Part shown: positions 15,055-24,115 of the stretch, piece after piece
Layout: the number at the start of each line of letters is the position of its first letter
How positions within the stretch are numbered: position 1 is the stretch's first letter
Source: Candidatus Pacearchaeota archaeon
GTDB taxonomy: Archaea > Nanobdellota > Nanobdellia > Pacearchaeales > GW2011-AR1
DNA: 51,733 bases
Reading direction: 5' to 3'
NCBI GenBank assembly: GCA_016196285.1
Contig: JACPXY010000044.1
Location: forward strand, 1 to 51,733
Program-made: the position numbers and the translations under genes
The notes under the pieces: model-generated
The model's database searches: none
The model's input: the letters and a program-made list of their open reading frames with translations, nothing else
Told to the model about the DNA's origin: nothing

Positions 15055-15843
15055 ATGATTGGTTTCCAAGATTTGCTGAGTAAATCAGTGCGAAAAAACC
15101 AATATACACGGGTTCGATTCCCGTATCGCGCATACATGCATCTGAAGAAGGCTTTTGCGAGAATAAATAGGGTTGTCCATCATGAATATGGGCCTACTCT
15201 AGCCGCGATTATTGTATTTGGCTCTGCGAATACCGGCGATTATAAGCCTGGAATCTCTGATATCGACTTAATGGTCTTTCTTAAAGAAGGGCGAGGAGTG
15301 GATTATGAAGAGGAAAAGAGAAGATTGTTCACACTCCTTAAAGATGAGCATGCCTCATTGACTTATCTCATGAGTCTTGCTGACCTCAGAGAGAAGATGA
15401 AAACAAGAGGCAGCTGGAGCTCATACATCACGTTGGTAGCGAAAGACGGCTCTACAACACTTTCTACTAGTCCTGCATTCGAACGTATACGCGCAAAACT
15501 GAAGAAGAGCGTACCTAGTCTCGAATCCATTATCACCTATCTTGATGAGAAAGATCAGACTGAACTGGATGGGTTCTCTAAATCAAAAGGATTCAATCGG
15601 ACAAAACTCTTATACTCCCATATGAGGCGAAAGCTGCAAATTATGTACTTTATTGAGATGCATAAGCTCAGATTTGACTACCACTTCTGCCTGAACCATG
15701 CCAATCTGCCTATTGATGAGAAGAGATACTTGAGAGGACTCTATCTGGCCTATAGCCGGAGACGGCTTCTCACACGCACAGAAGAACAGAGATATCTTGC
15801 ACTGGCGCGCGCTTACACTATGAGAATCAAAGGCAAAGAGTAG
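15055..15843 (+). CDS. nucleotidyltransferase-domain protein with helical C-terminal (HEPN/KNTase-like) half
   Basis: 262 aa. The minimal NTase motif is IIVFGSANTGDYKPGISDIDLMVFL (GS...DxD). The C-terminal half contains an R-x6-H candidate (RTKLLYSH). Confidence 0.65.
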   Translation: MIGFQDLLSKSVRKNQYTRVRFPYRAYMHLKKAFARINRVVHHEYGPTLAAIIVFGSANTGDYKPGISDIDLMVFLKEGRGVDYEEEKRRLFTLLKDEHASLTYLMSLADLREKMKTRGSWSSYITLVAKDGSTTLSTSPAFERIRAKLKKSVPSLESIITYLDEKDQTELDGFSKSKGFNRTKLLYSHMRRKLQIMYFIEMHKLRFDYHFCLNHANLPIDEKRYLRGLYLAYSRRRLLTRTEEQRYLALARAYTMRIKGKE

Positions 15844-15877
15844 ATTTAAAAGTCCTTTTCCTATCTCTATCTCGTAT

Positions 15878-16759
15878 ATGGAAGTGAATCAGAAAAACTG
15901 GTATGACCGAAGTTATAAGATTCTTCTCTTTATTCCTATTGCATTACTTCTTGTTGCATTTGTGTATCTCTTCATTTTCTATCAACAGGAAGGGGACTTT
16001 ATCAGAAAGGATGTTTCTCTGACTGGCGGCACAACCATTACAGTATTAGATGGGAGTACTGACGTTGCTGATATTGAAGACACACTGAAAACTGAATTCC
16101 CTGATGCACAGGTGCGCAGCATCTCAGATATTCGTTCTGGAAAGCAACAAGGCTTCTTCATTGAAACAAAGGCTGATTCTGACGTATTAAAATCAGCGTT
16201 AGAAAACTATCTAGGGTATGCATTGACGAGCGAGAACTCATCAATAGAATTCTCCGGCTCAACCCTCTCGCAGGGATTCTATAAGCAGCTTCGGCTTGCG
16301 ATGATTATTGCGTTTGCGCTCATGGCCTTGGTAGTATTTGTCATCTTTAGGACCTTTATCCCTAGTATAGCTGTCATCTTTGCAGGGTTTGCTGATATCG
16401 TGATGACTGTAGCTACGGTCAATCTTATCGGATTGGAGATGTCAAGTGCAGGCATAGTTGCCCTGCTGATGCTGATTGGATACTCGGTAGACACTGACAT
16501 CCTGCTTACTTCCCGCGTACTTAAGAATCGGGAAGGAAGCGTCAATGAGCGCATCTATGGTGCATTCAAGACAGGCATGACTATGACGATTACTGCGATT
16601 GCCGCAGTCGGGGTCTCATTTATCATTATCTACAACTTCTCAGACACGTTCCGGCAGATTTTCGGCATCATCTTGATAGGTTTAGGATATGATATCATCA
16701 ATACCTGGATGACAAATGCGTCAATTCTTAAGTGGTATGCGGAGGCAAAGAGATTATGA
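15878..16759 (+). CDS. secF: protein-export membrane protein SecF
   Basis: 293 aa. The 6-TM C-terminal block with GYSVDTDILLTSRVLK is typical of SecF. The stop overlaps the secD start (ATGA). Confidence 0.88.
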   Translation: MEVNQKNWYDRSYKILLFIPIALLLVAFVYLFIFYQQEGDFIRKDVSLTGGTTITVLDGSTDVADIEDTLKTEFPDAQVRSISDIRSGKQQGFFIETKADSDVLKSALENYLGYALTSENSSIEFSGSTLSQGFYKQLRLAMIIAFALMALVVFVIFRTFIPSIAVIFAGFADIVMTVATVNLIGLEMSSAGIVALLMLIGYSVDTDILLTSRVLKNREGSVNERIYGAFKTGMTMTITAIAAVGVSFIIIYNFSDTFRQIFGIILIGLGYDIINTWMTNASILKWYAEAKRL

Positions 16760-18258
16760 AGCTTGGATGGAGAGTCTGGCTGCTGATCATTGTTGTGTTA
16801 CTCTCAGTTCTTGCTATACACCCTACCTTTCAAGACGGCGTTGTGGTTAAATCAGTAGAATTTAATTCAACTATCTTCAACGAAGGTCTGCGGGCAGGGC
16901 AAATTATCACTTCTCTCAATGGCCAGCAGATTGAGAATAAAGCTGAATATACTGCCGTGATTGAGGGTATCTTTATTGATACGCAGGTGCAAAGATTAGA
17001 TATAGCTACAAAAGACGGCGAGTACACAATTTTCACTAATCAAACTCCTGAAATTACAGTAGATACTATCCCTCGAACCAAGATTCAGACAGGTCTTGAT
17101 TTGCGCGGCGGTGCACGTGCACTTGTGCAGGCTGACCAGGAACTTAGTGATGCACAATTACAGGATCTCATTGCAGTCAGCAGCAACCGATTCAATGTAT
17201 TCGGCTTGAGTGATGTGCAAATTCGCGGTGTGACTGACCTTGATGGTAATAAATTCATGCTGGTAGAGGTTGCAGGTGCAACGCCTGCTGACCTTGAAGA
17301 TCTAGTTTCACAGCAAGGCAAGTTCGAAGCTCGCATTGGCAACAAGAGCGTATTTACTGGAGGCAAACATGACATCGCTGATGTGTGCAGGAATGATGCC
17401 TCTTGTGCAGGCATCACGCAATGCGGTGCAGCTGAAACAGGATATGCCTGCAGCTTCCGATTCACCTTATATCTGACTGAAGATGCTGCAAAGAGACATG
17501 CTGCACTTACTGAAGAGCTTGGATTTGATGAAACTGGCAGGTATCTCTCTGAGAAACTCTTCTTAATAGTTGATGACCGAGAAGTTGATTCCTTATTGAT
17601 TGGCGCTGATTTGCGCGGTCAAGTGGCAACACAAATCTCAATCCAAGGCTCTGGTGTTGGAGCGAGACAAGAAGATGCCCTGCAAGATGCACGAACAAAT
17701 ATGCAAAAACTTCAGACAATTCTTATTACTGGCAGCCTGCCATATAAGCTGCATATTGTCAAACTTGATACTATCTCGCCCACCCTCGGTGATCAATTTA
17801 TCCGTCTTATCCTGCTTGCAGGATTTGCGTCAATCCTTGCTGTCGCTCTGATTATCTTTATCCGTTACCGCAAGTTCAAGGCATCACTCGCCCTGCTTTT
17901 GACTTCCTTCTCAGAGATTATTATTATCTTAGGTGTTGCATCATTAATTAAATGGAATCTTGACCTGCCGAGCATCGCAGGCATCCTGGCAACAATTGGT
18001 ACAGGAGTAGACAGTCAGATAGTTATTCTTGATGAAGCTCAGAAAGGCATTAGCATCAGCGTAAAAGAACGCATCAAAAGGGCATTGTTCATCATTATCT
18101 CTGCATATGCTGCCTCGTTAGCATCATTGTTGCCGTTATACTGGGCAGGTGCAGGCTTATTCAAGGGATTCGCCATTACTACTATTATTGGCATCACTGC
18201 AGGCGTATTCATCTCACGGCCTGCCTTTGCTGATATCATTAGACGTATGGAGGAGTAA
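16756..18258 (+). CDS. secD: protein-export membrane protein SecD
   Basis: It starts MKLGWRVWLLIIVVLLSVLA (the ORF-track start 16732 is an upstream extension). It has the GLDLRGGARALV motif, a large extracytoplasmic domain and a C-terminal 5-TM block with GTGVDSQIVILDE. Confidence 0.88.
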   Translation: MKLGWRVWLLIIVVLLSVLAIHPTFQDGVVVKSVEFNSTIFNEGLRAGQIITSLNGQQIENKAEYTAVIEGIFIDTQVQRLDIATKDGEYTIFTNQTPEITVDTIPRTKIQTGLDLRGGARALVQADQELSDAQLQDLIAVSSNRFNVFGLSDVQIRGVTDLDGNKFMLVEVAGATPADLEDLVSQQGKFEARIGNKSVFTGGKHDIADVCRNDASCAGITQCGAAETGYACSFRFTLYLTEDAAKRHAALTEELGFDETGRYLSEKLFLIVDDREVDSLLIGADLRGQVATQISIQGSGVGARQEDALQDARTNMQKLQTILITGSLPYKLHIVKLDTISPTLGDQFIRLILLAGFASILAVALIIFIRYRKFKASLALLLTSFSEIIIILGVASLIKWNLDLPSIAGILATIGTGVDSQIVILDEAQKGISISVKERIKRALFIIISAYAASLASLLPLYWAGAGLFKGFAITTIIGITAGVFISRPAFADIIRRMEE

Positions 18259-18695
18259 TGCTACCGCGCTGGCACATTATCTTGGGAGCAGTATTCTGCA
18301 TTGTGCTAAAGCTCTTTGCTCCTGCAGCTTCATGGTTTTCTCTTGGACTTGTGTTCCTTGCTTCGTTCCTCATTGATTTTGACCATTATGCTACTTCTGC
18401 CTGGAAGACCGGCAGATTCAGCTTACTGCACTCGTTTGAGTATCATAGAAAACAGGGCAGTGCGCACCAGAAGGAGCATGTAAAAGGCATCAGAAGAAAA
18501 GGAGATTTCCATGTATTCCATACTATTGAGTTCCACCTGCTCGTCGCTGTACTTGGCTTGTTTTTTAGTCCTCTTTTTTACGTATTCATAGGAATGGTCT
18601 TTCATTCTTTGTTGGATATTGGATGGATGATGCACCATGGAGTACTGTATCGCAGAGAATTCTTCTTCTCGCGATGGTTACAGCAGAGATTCTAA
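18258..18695 (+). CDS. hypothetical membrane protein (possibly YdjM/DUF457-like)
   Basis: 145 aa with 3-4 TM segments and several His residues. The start overlaps the secD stop (TAATG), so it is probably co-transcribed. Confidence 0.55.
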   Translation: MLPRWHIILGAVFCIVLKLFAPAASWFSLGLVFLASFLIDFDHYATSAWKTGRFSLLHSFEYHRKQGSAHQKEHVKGIRRKGDFHVFHTIEFHLLVAVLGLFFSPLFYVFIGMVFHSLLDIGWMMHHGVLYRREFFFSRWLQQRF

Positions 18696-18851
18696 AAAGT
18701 ATCGGAAAGTGAGATATATTCTGACCGAATTAGGGAACATCAGAAGAGATAGGCTATCTGTATTCTATGCTCCTAACTAAGCATACATCAGCTAACAATT
18801 GTTGCATATACGGTACTATTTTATTCGTGTACATAATTATTAAGATATCCC

Positions 18852-19130
18852 TCAAATAAAACTGACCAGACCTTTTGCTAATAGGAGAAAGGCCGGCGCC
18901 CAGAGGAGGATTGCTGGGAGTGTGATAACAAGCGAGAGCAGAAGAAATATTGAAGATACTAGGTCAACTATGCTCAGCATATCTCCAGTAATGATGAACA
19001 TGCCCTTGAGTAAAAGAAGGCCTGCGCAGAAGAGGATGAACTGGAATGGCACTGACATACCAAATACCATCATTAGAAAAGCAATTGCTGAGACTAAATC
19101 GATACCTCCTAATAGTTTCAGGATGAACAT
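18852..19130 (-). CDS. small hydrophobic membrane protein (3 TM)
   Basis: 92 aa, almost entirely hydrophobic, with no known family. Confidence 0.45.
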   Translation of the reverse strand: MFILKLLGGIDLVSAIAFLMMVFGMSVPFQFILFCAGLLLLKGMFIITGDMLSIVDLVSSIFLLLSLVITLPAILLWAPAFLLLAKGLVSFI

Positions 19131-19160
19131 GCAGATAGTGCTTTGACAGGCATTTTAAAA

Positions 19161-19976
19161 CTATCGCTGGCTGGCGAGATAGCTTCTGAGTGCATCTCTC
19201 CAATGCCTCATTGGATAACGAGTTGAACTCAGAACCTCGCTTGCTGATCTTGCAGGACCTTGAGAATTCAGCTCCTGCATAGTAACCTCGTGTAATAATG
19301 AGGTGCTCTTTGTTAGACTAAGAACTTCATGCATAAGTTCTACAGCACTTGTACCTCCTGCATTCACTAGGTGATAGGTTCCAGAAGCATCAGTGCGGAT
19401 AAGCTCTTCTAGTGCCTGCATGAAATCTGAGAGATAAATCGGTGAACCCTTTTGATCGTAGGTTGCCTTGATCTCCTTTCCTTCCCTAGCCATCTGTATC
19501 ATCTTGTCAATGAAGCTTGGATTTTCCCTGAAGCCATAGAGCCATCCTGTCCTGATGATGAGGTGCTTTGGACAGATACTTCTGACCATAAGCTCTGCAA
19601 TGTATTTTGTCTGTCCATATATATTCTGCGGATTTGGAGTGCTTTCCTCGGTAAATTCTTGTTCACTTTCTCCATTAAATACCGCGCCACTTGATATTAT
19701 GATACATGGAATATTTCTCTTCTGCGCTTCCTGGGCTGCATGATAGACTCCGAGTACATTTACTTTATATGCCTCTAATGGGTTCTGCTCACTTTTTCTC
19801 AAGTCAAGAGAAGAGAGGCAGAGAATGGCAGACGGCTTCTTTTCAGCGCAGATGCGCGCAATCTGCTCAGGCTTGGTGACATCTAATTCAAGGCGCGAGA
19901 GTTTAATTCCCCACGGAATCATGCTGCCAATTCTGCCTTGAGCGCCGATTATCAGAGTTTTCGCAAGCTCAGTCAA
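19161..19976 (-). CDS. dTDP-4-dehydrorhamnose reductase-like SDR (RmlD family)
   Basis: 271 aa. Contains LIIGAQGRIGS, LDVTKPEQI, YGQTKYIAE (YxxxK) and IIRTGWLYG. Confidence 0.78.
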   Translation of the reverse strand: MTELAKTLIIGAQGRIGSMIPWGIKLSRLELDVTKPEQIARICAEKKPSAILCLSSLDLRKSEQNPLEAYKVNVLGVYHAAQEAQKRNIPCIIISSGAVFNGESEQEFTEESTPNPQNIYGQTKYIAELMVRSICPKHLIIRTGWLYGFRENPSFIDKMIQMAREGKEIKATYDQKGSPIYLSDFMQALEELIRTDASGTYHLVNAGGTSAVELMHEVLSLTKSTSLLHEVTMQELNSQGPARSASEVLSSTRYPMRHWRDALRSYLASQR

Positions 19977-21198
19977 GCTTAACCACCTCCAATTCAGGGA
20001 AGGGGATAATGACTCGTGATCCAGGGAATCTCTCTTTCAAGCGAGGAAGCAAGCTTGCCTTGTAATTCCACGAGAGGAGAAGAAAGACAGGACTCTTCTC
20101 TGCAGATAGTGCATCCCATGACTTCACTGGAATAGCTACACCTGGAGTCAGTCTGCCATGCTTTAAGTGAGTGTCGTCAACAATATACTTTATGTCTTCT
20201 GCAGTCAGTCCGCAATAGTTGAGAATCACCACTCCTCTTGCTGGTGCGCCTACGCCAATTAGTTTTCCTTTCTTCTTCTCGATATCAACTATCTCGCGAA
20301 GTCTCTTCTTGTAGTTGTTTACTTTTACTGACACATTATCATAGGTTTCAGGATTTAACCAGCCGTTTTCATGCTCATGCTTTAGTAATGCTGTTACTGC
20401 CTCTGATTCTCTTTTTGATTCCTCATCTCTTTGTGCATATACGCGCAAAGAGCCTCCTTGTTGAGGGATACGCTCAACATCAACAATCGCAAGTCCTGCC
20501 TGGGCAAAGGTTTTCTTGAGTGCATACAATGAAAAAGTATACACGTGCTCGTGATAGATTGTGTCAAACTCACCTTTCAGAACAGTCTCGAGGGCATAGA
20601 CTCCTTCCATGATGAGTGTGCCCTTAGGGGAGAGAAGTGTATGTACTCCTTTCAGCAAATCAACTACATTAGGTGTATGAGGTATGACATTCAAGCCGAT
20701 GATGAAGTCAAATGTTCCTCGCTCATTCTTGAGCTGCTCTGCTCTTTTTGCATTGAAGAAGATAGGCAATGTTTCTACTCCTTTCTCTTTGCTTAAAGGA
20801 ATCAGATTCTTTGCAGGATCGATACCCAGCACGTGAGCAGTAAAAGGTTTTAAAAAAGCGAGGAGCGAACCGTCATTTGAACCGATCTCTAGAATTTTTG
20901 TTTCTGAAGTTATTTTAAATCTATCGTTGAGCAGTTCTGCAACTTCTTTTAAATGTGAGAGGTTTGCTGCTGAACTGGCTGATAGATGCAGATACTCCTC
21001 AAACAGCTTCTCTGGAGGAACAATCTCCTCAAGCTGGGCAAGCATGCAGTTCGGACAGTAGGCAAGGTTCAAAGGATAAGCTTTCTCATTCTTAAGTTCG
21101 TCTGGATGAAGAAAGGCATTAACTGGAGGAATGTCGCCGAGCTCAAGGAAGCGCTTCAAGCCAGGGGTGTTGCATGCTTTGCAGATTGTTTGATCCAT
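19969..21198 (-). CDS. NDP-hexose C-methyltransferase-type SAM methyltransferase (Zn-ribbon + class I MTase + C-methyltransferase C-terminal domain)
   Basis: 409 aa. It has an N-terminal CKACNTPG...YCPNCMLAQL zinc-binding motif and a SAM motif ILEIGSNDGS. The architecture resembles TylCIII-like enzymes. Confidence 0.78.
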   Translation of the reverse strand: MDQTICKACNTPGLKRFLELGDIPPVNAFLHPDELKNEKAYPLNLAYCPNCMLAQLEEIVPPEKLFEEYLHLSASSAANLSHLKEVAELLNDRFKITSETKILEIGSNDGSLLAFLKPFTAHVLGIDPAKNLIPLSKEKGVETLPIFFNAKRAEQLKNERGTFDFIIGLNVIPHTPNVVDLLKGVHTLLSPKGTLIMEGVYALETVLKGEFDTIYHEHVYTFSLYALKKTFAQAGLAIVDVERIPQQGGSLRVYAQRDEESKRESEAVTALLKHEHENGWLNPETYDNVSVKVNNYKKRLREIVDIEKKKGKLIGVGAPARGVVILNYCGLTAEDIKYIVDDTHLKHGRLTPGVAIPVKSWDALSAEKSPVFLLLSWNYKASLLPRLKERFPGSRVIIPFPELEVVKLD

Positions 21199-21204
21199 AG
21201 TACA

Positions 21205-21969
21205 TTAGCGGGATGGAAATACCTTAGAATAGGAGATTCCAGCCTTGGCGAGCAGGAACTGGGCAAGGATAATAAATGTTTGCATTGCATAGAGTGCTGC
21301 TCCTGAGAGCTTATGTGAAGTATGCTCTGCTTTGTAGTCTGCTTCCACAGGAACTTCCTGAACAGGCATCTTAAAGTAGGCTGCCTGGGCAATAATCTGG
21401 AAGCTGAATAGATAGTCATTCGAATTTGCCTGATACGGCACTGAGTCTATCAATCTCTTTCCGTATATACGGAATCCTGTGTGAAACTCTGTCAAAGGCA
21501 AGCCAAGTACGAGCCGGTCAAAGAAACTGAGAAATCTATTAGCCAGAAATCTGATGAGAGGCATACCATTTCTAAGTGCCTGCATTGGTTGTTGGAAGCG
21601 TGAGCCGAGAATTAACTGCGCGTTCCCAATCCTCATGTAAGGCAGCGCAAAACGAATTGATTCTGGATTGAACTGGGCACCATCGCCGTGGATCTCGACA
21701 ACATAGTCTGCACCCATCTTGAATGCACGCTCAAGGCCTTCTTTCAAGTTGCCTCCGTAACCCTTGTTTGGCACATGCCTGAATACCTTGAGCTTCAGCT
21801 TCTTGGCAACTTCATATGTGCCGTCTTTCGAGCCGTCATCCATGACGATAATATCATCAAGCAGTCCTTTCGGAATCCTCTCCAGTGCGCGGGGAAGCAT
21901 GCGCGCCACGTTATACGCGAGGATTACACCGACGACCTTCGGCCCTTTTTTCTTGCTCTTCTGTGCCAT
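21205..21969 (-). CDS. glycosyltransferase family 2 (dolichyl/polyprenyl-phosphate sugar synthase-like)
   Basis: 254 aa. Contains VVGVILAYNVARML, IIVMDDGSKDGT and a C-terminal hydrophobic segment. Confidence 0.82.
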   Translation of the reverse strand: MAQKSKKKGPKVVGVILAYNVARMLPRALERIPKGLLDDIIVMDDGSKDGTYEVAKKLKLKVFRHVPNKGYGGNLKEGLERAFKMGADYVVEIHGDGAQFNPESIRFALPYMRIGNAQLILGSRFQQPMQALRNGMPLIRFLANRFLSFFDRLVLGLPLTEFHTGFRIYGKRLIDSVPYQANSNDYLFSFQIIAQAAYFKMPVQEVPVEADYKAEHTSHKLSGAALYAMQTFIILAQFLLAKAGISYSKVFPSR

Positions 21970-22056
21970 GTCTGTAAATCATGATGTAGAGACCATTTAT
22001 AAATAATACGATTTGTCTGCCGTAAGATTTATGTACTTGCTGAAAGATTCTTTTTT

Positions 22057-22611
22057 ATGAGAGCAAGAGGACACTCACTCTGGATTATGCCTTCTGGAGA
22101 GACATATGAGGAACTAGACAAGACCATCGAAAGAGTAAGCGCGCAGTATAACTCTCCTAAGTTTAAACCGCATGTAACTCTTTTAGGAGAAATTATTCTT
22201 TCTGAAGAAAAAGTTCTAAAGCGTACTCATGAAATTGCCACTCATCTTACTCCATTCCCCCTCCATCTTGATGAGTTTTGCTTTGAAGATTCGTATTTCC
22301 AATGCCTCTTTATTAAAGTAAGACAGAGCGAAGCAGTAATGCATGCACATACAATAGCTCGAGAAGTGTTTCAAGTACAATCAGAAGCCCACTATGTACC
22401 TCACCTTAGCTTACTCTATGGCACGATTCCTTTAGAGACCAAGCAAGCAACAATTGCCTCTCTGCCAATCCTAAAACATAACTACTTCTATGCACGTTCC
22501 ATTCATGTGCTTAATGCAGAAGGAAGTGTGCAAGATTGGCGTATTGTAGGGGAGATCCCATTATCGGATATTAAGCAGAGAATCTCATGTAGCCATATTC
22601 CCGCAGAATAA
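22057..22611 (+). CDS. 2H phosphoesterase superfamily, cyclic phosphodiesterase (CPDase)-like
   Basis: 184 aa. It has two HxT/SxL motifs (KPHVTLLGE and VPHLSLLYG) and an SLWIMPSGE start typical of CPDase-like proteins. Confidence 0.7.
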   Translation: MRARGHSLWIMPSGETYEELDKTIERVSAQYNSPKFKPHVTLLGEIILSEEKVLKRTHEIATHLTPFPLHLDEFCFEDSYFQCLFIKVRQSEAVMHAHTIAREVFQVQSEAHYVPHLSLLYGTIPLETKQATIASLPILKHNYFYARSIHVLNAEGSVQDWRIVGEIPLSDIKQRISCSHIPAE

Positions 22612-23266
22612 CTCTGCGTTCAGCAACACCAAAGCTTACTCGATTAGCTGTAACTTCTCCAATAGGTTCTGCTTGCTCTATGAATGAGAAAAGATCTGTC
22701 AATTCCTCTGGACTTCTCTGAGTAGTAAATCTACTAATGCTCATATGAGCTCCCCATGGGAAGTTCAATTCTAATCCTTCCTCTTTTGCTTTTGTATGTA
22801 TAGTGTGAGCAAGATCAAAGAATGCTCTGTCTGCATATGCTGGCATTATCGTGGTTGTCTCATTGAAGAGCAATCCGGGATAGACCATCCGTGGAGCAGG
22901 ACGGTCTGCTAGAGACTCAACGATTTCTCCAAGTTTTCTAATAATCTCGTTATCTGTAGTAAATCCTCCTGGAGTGATATATCCGTTTGCGAGAGTAACA
23001 TGGAGATCTTGAGGCTGATACACGTATGCTGGAACTCGTGCGGCGATCTCTTGTGAGAGTAAGTGTATTCTTTGATGATCCTGTGGCGAATATTGCAAGC
23101 CGATGTAATAACAATCTTCCCTCTCAGGCAGATCAGATGAAGCGATACCTTTATTTTTGACCTGGTTCTGTCTAAAGATTCGTGTAAGTCTTCTTTCCTG
23201 CTCTTTCAAGAACTCTCCGTATGTGGTAACTTGCGTATTGCGAGGGTTATTTACAACAATTGCCAT
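22571..23266 (-). CDS. second 2H phosphoesterase-like protein
   Basis: 231 aa. It has two H-x-T/S-x motifs (DLHVTLANG and GAHMSISRF). Its 3' end overlaps the convergent 2H gene by 41 nt. Confidence 0.55.
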   Translation of the reverse strand: MAIVVNNPRNTQVTTYGEFLKEQERRLTRIFRQNQVKNKGIASSDLPEREDCYYIGLQYSPQDHQRIHLLSQEIAARVPAYVYQPQDLHVTLANGYITPGGFTTDNEIIRKLGEIVESLADRPAPRMVYPGLLFNETTTIMPAYADRAFFDLAHTIHTKAKEEGLELNFPWGAHMSISRFTTQRSPEELTDLFSFIEQAEPIGEVTANRVSFGVAERRVILREYGYMRFSA

Positions 23267-23301
23267 GTTCCGATGGATAATTAGTCATTTAAAAACCTTT
23301 G

Positions 23302-24108
23302 CTAATATCTACTGGCTATGAAGTCACGCACCACCGCTTCATCTCCGGGATTAGTAATTCCAACCCACTGCTCTTCAGAAGGATAGAGCTTCATCCGTAT
23401 CTTTCCTTCTTCAATCAGTTTTGAGATAGTCTTGTGAAGTGGGAGTTCTATCCTCCTGTCTCCCTCGTTCTTTATCTTAAATTCAGTTATCTCTCTTCTC
23501 AGATGAGGAAGTATCTCTGGATTTAGAGCGAAGAGAGTCATACAGGATTCTTGGTCAGTTCCGCTCCTGATCTCTTTACGAGTGACTGAGAATACATCAG
23601 TTATCTTCTGTACGTATTCTCCTTTCCTCTCAAACAGCGCGCGGTTTACCGTTCCCTTATCTGGCACGGTATCTTTCAGAGCATATGAGATACTTGCCTC
23701 TTCATCACTTGCTTTTAGATGCTGTACCATCTTCTTAAAGTTCTTCTCGCCGTATAGATCATCACCGGTACAGACTATAAAAGGACAATCAAGAACCTTG
23801 CTTGCAACACATAATGCATCAACAGTTCCCCAGGGTTTATCCCGGTTACTTTCATCGTACTCTTGGAATGCATAAAAGATAGGCACTGATTTGTAGGCAT
23901 CTCCGAACTTGATCTTGAAAAGACTCTCAGTTGATCTTCCAACAACAAAAACTATCTTACTAAAACCTGCCTTTAGTGCTTGCTGGAGAGAGAATTCTAT
24001 CATCGTCTCACCATTCTCTCCTACTTCTGCAAAATGTTTTATACGGTTCCCGAAGCGACTTGACAGACCTGCAACCAGATACACTAGAGCGATATTAGAA
24101 GAAATCAT
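23302..24108 (-). CDS. sugar-phosphate nucleotidyltransferase (NTP_transferase fold)
   Basis: 268 aa. It has the N-terminal LVAGLSSRFG signature and a GDDLYG motif. Confidence 0.72.
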   Translation of the reverse strand: MISSNIALVYLVAGLSSRFGNRIKHFAEVGENGETMIEFSLQQALKAGFSKIVFVVGRSTESLFKIKFGDAYKSVPIFYAFQEYDESNRDKPWGTVDALCVASKVLDCPFIVCTGDDLYGEKNFKKMVQHLKASDEEASISYALKDTVPDKGTVNRALFERKGEYVQKITDVFSVTRKEIRSGTDQESCMTLFALNPEILPHLRREITEFKIKNEGDRRIELPLHKTISKLIEEGKIRMKLYPSEEQWVGITNPGDEAVVRDFIASRY

Positions 24109-24115
24109 GCTAAAG

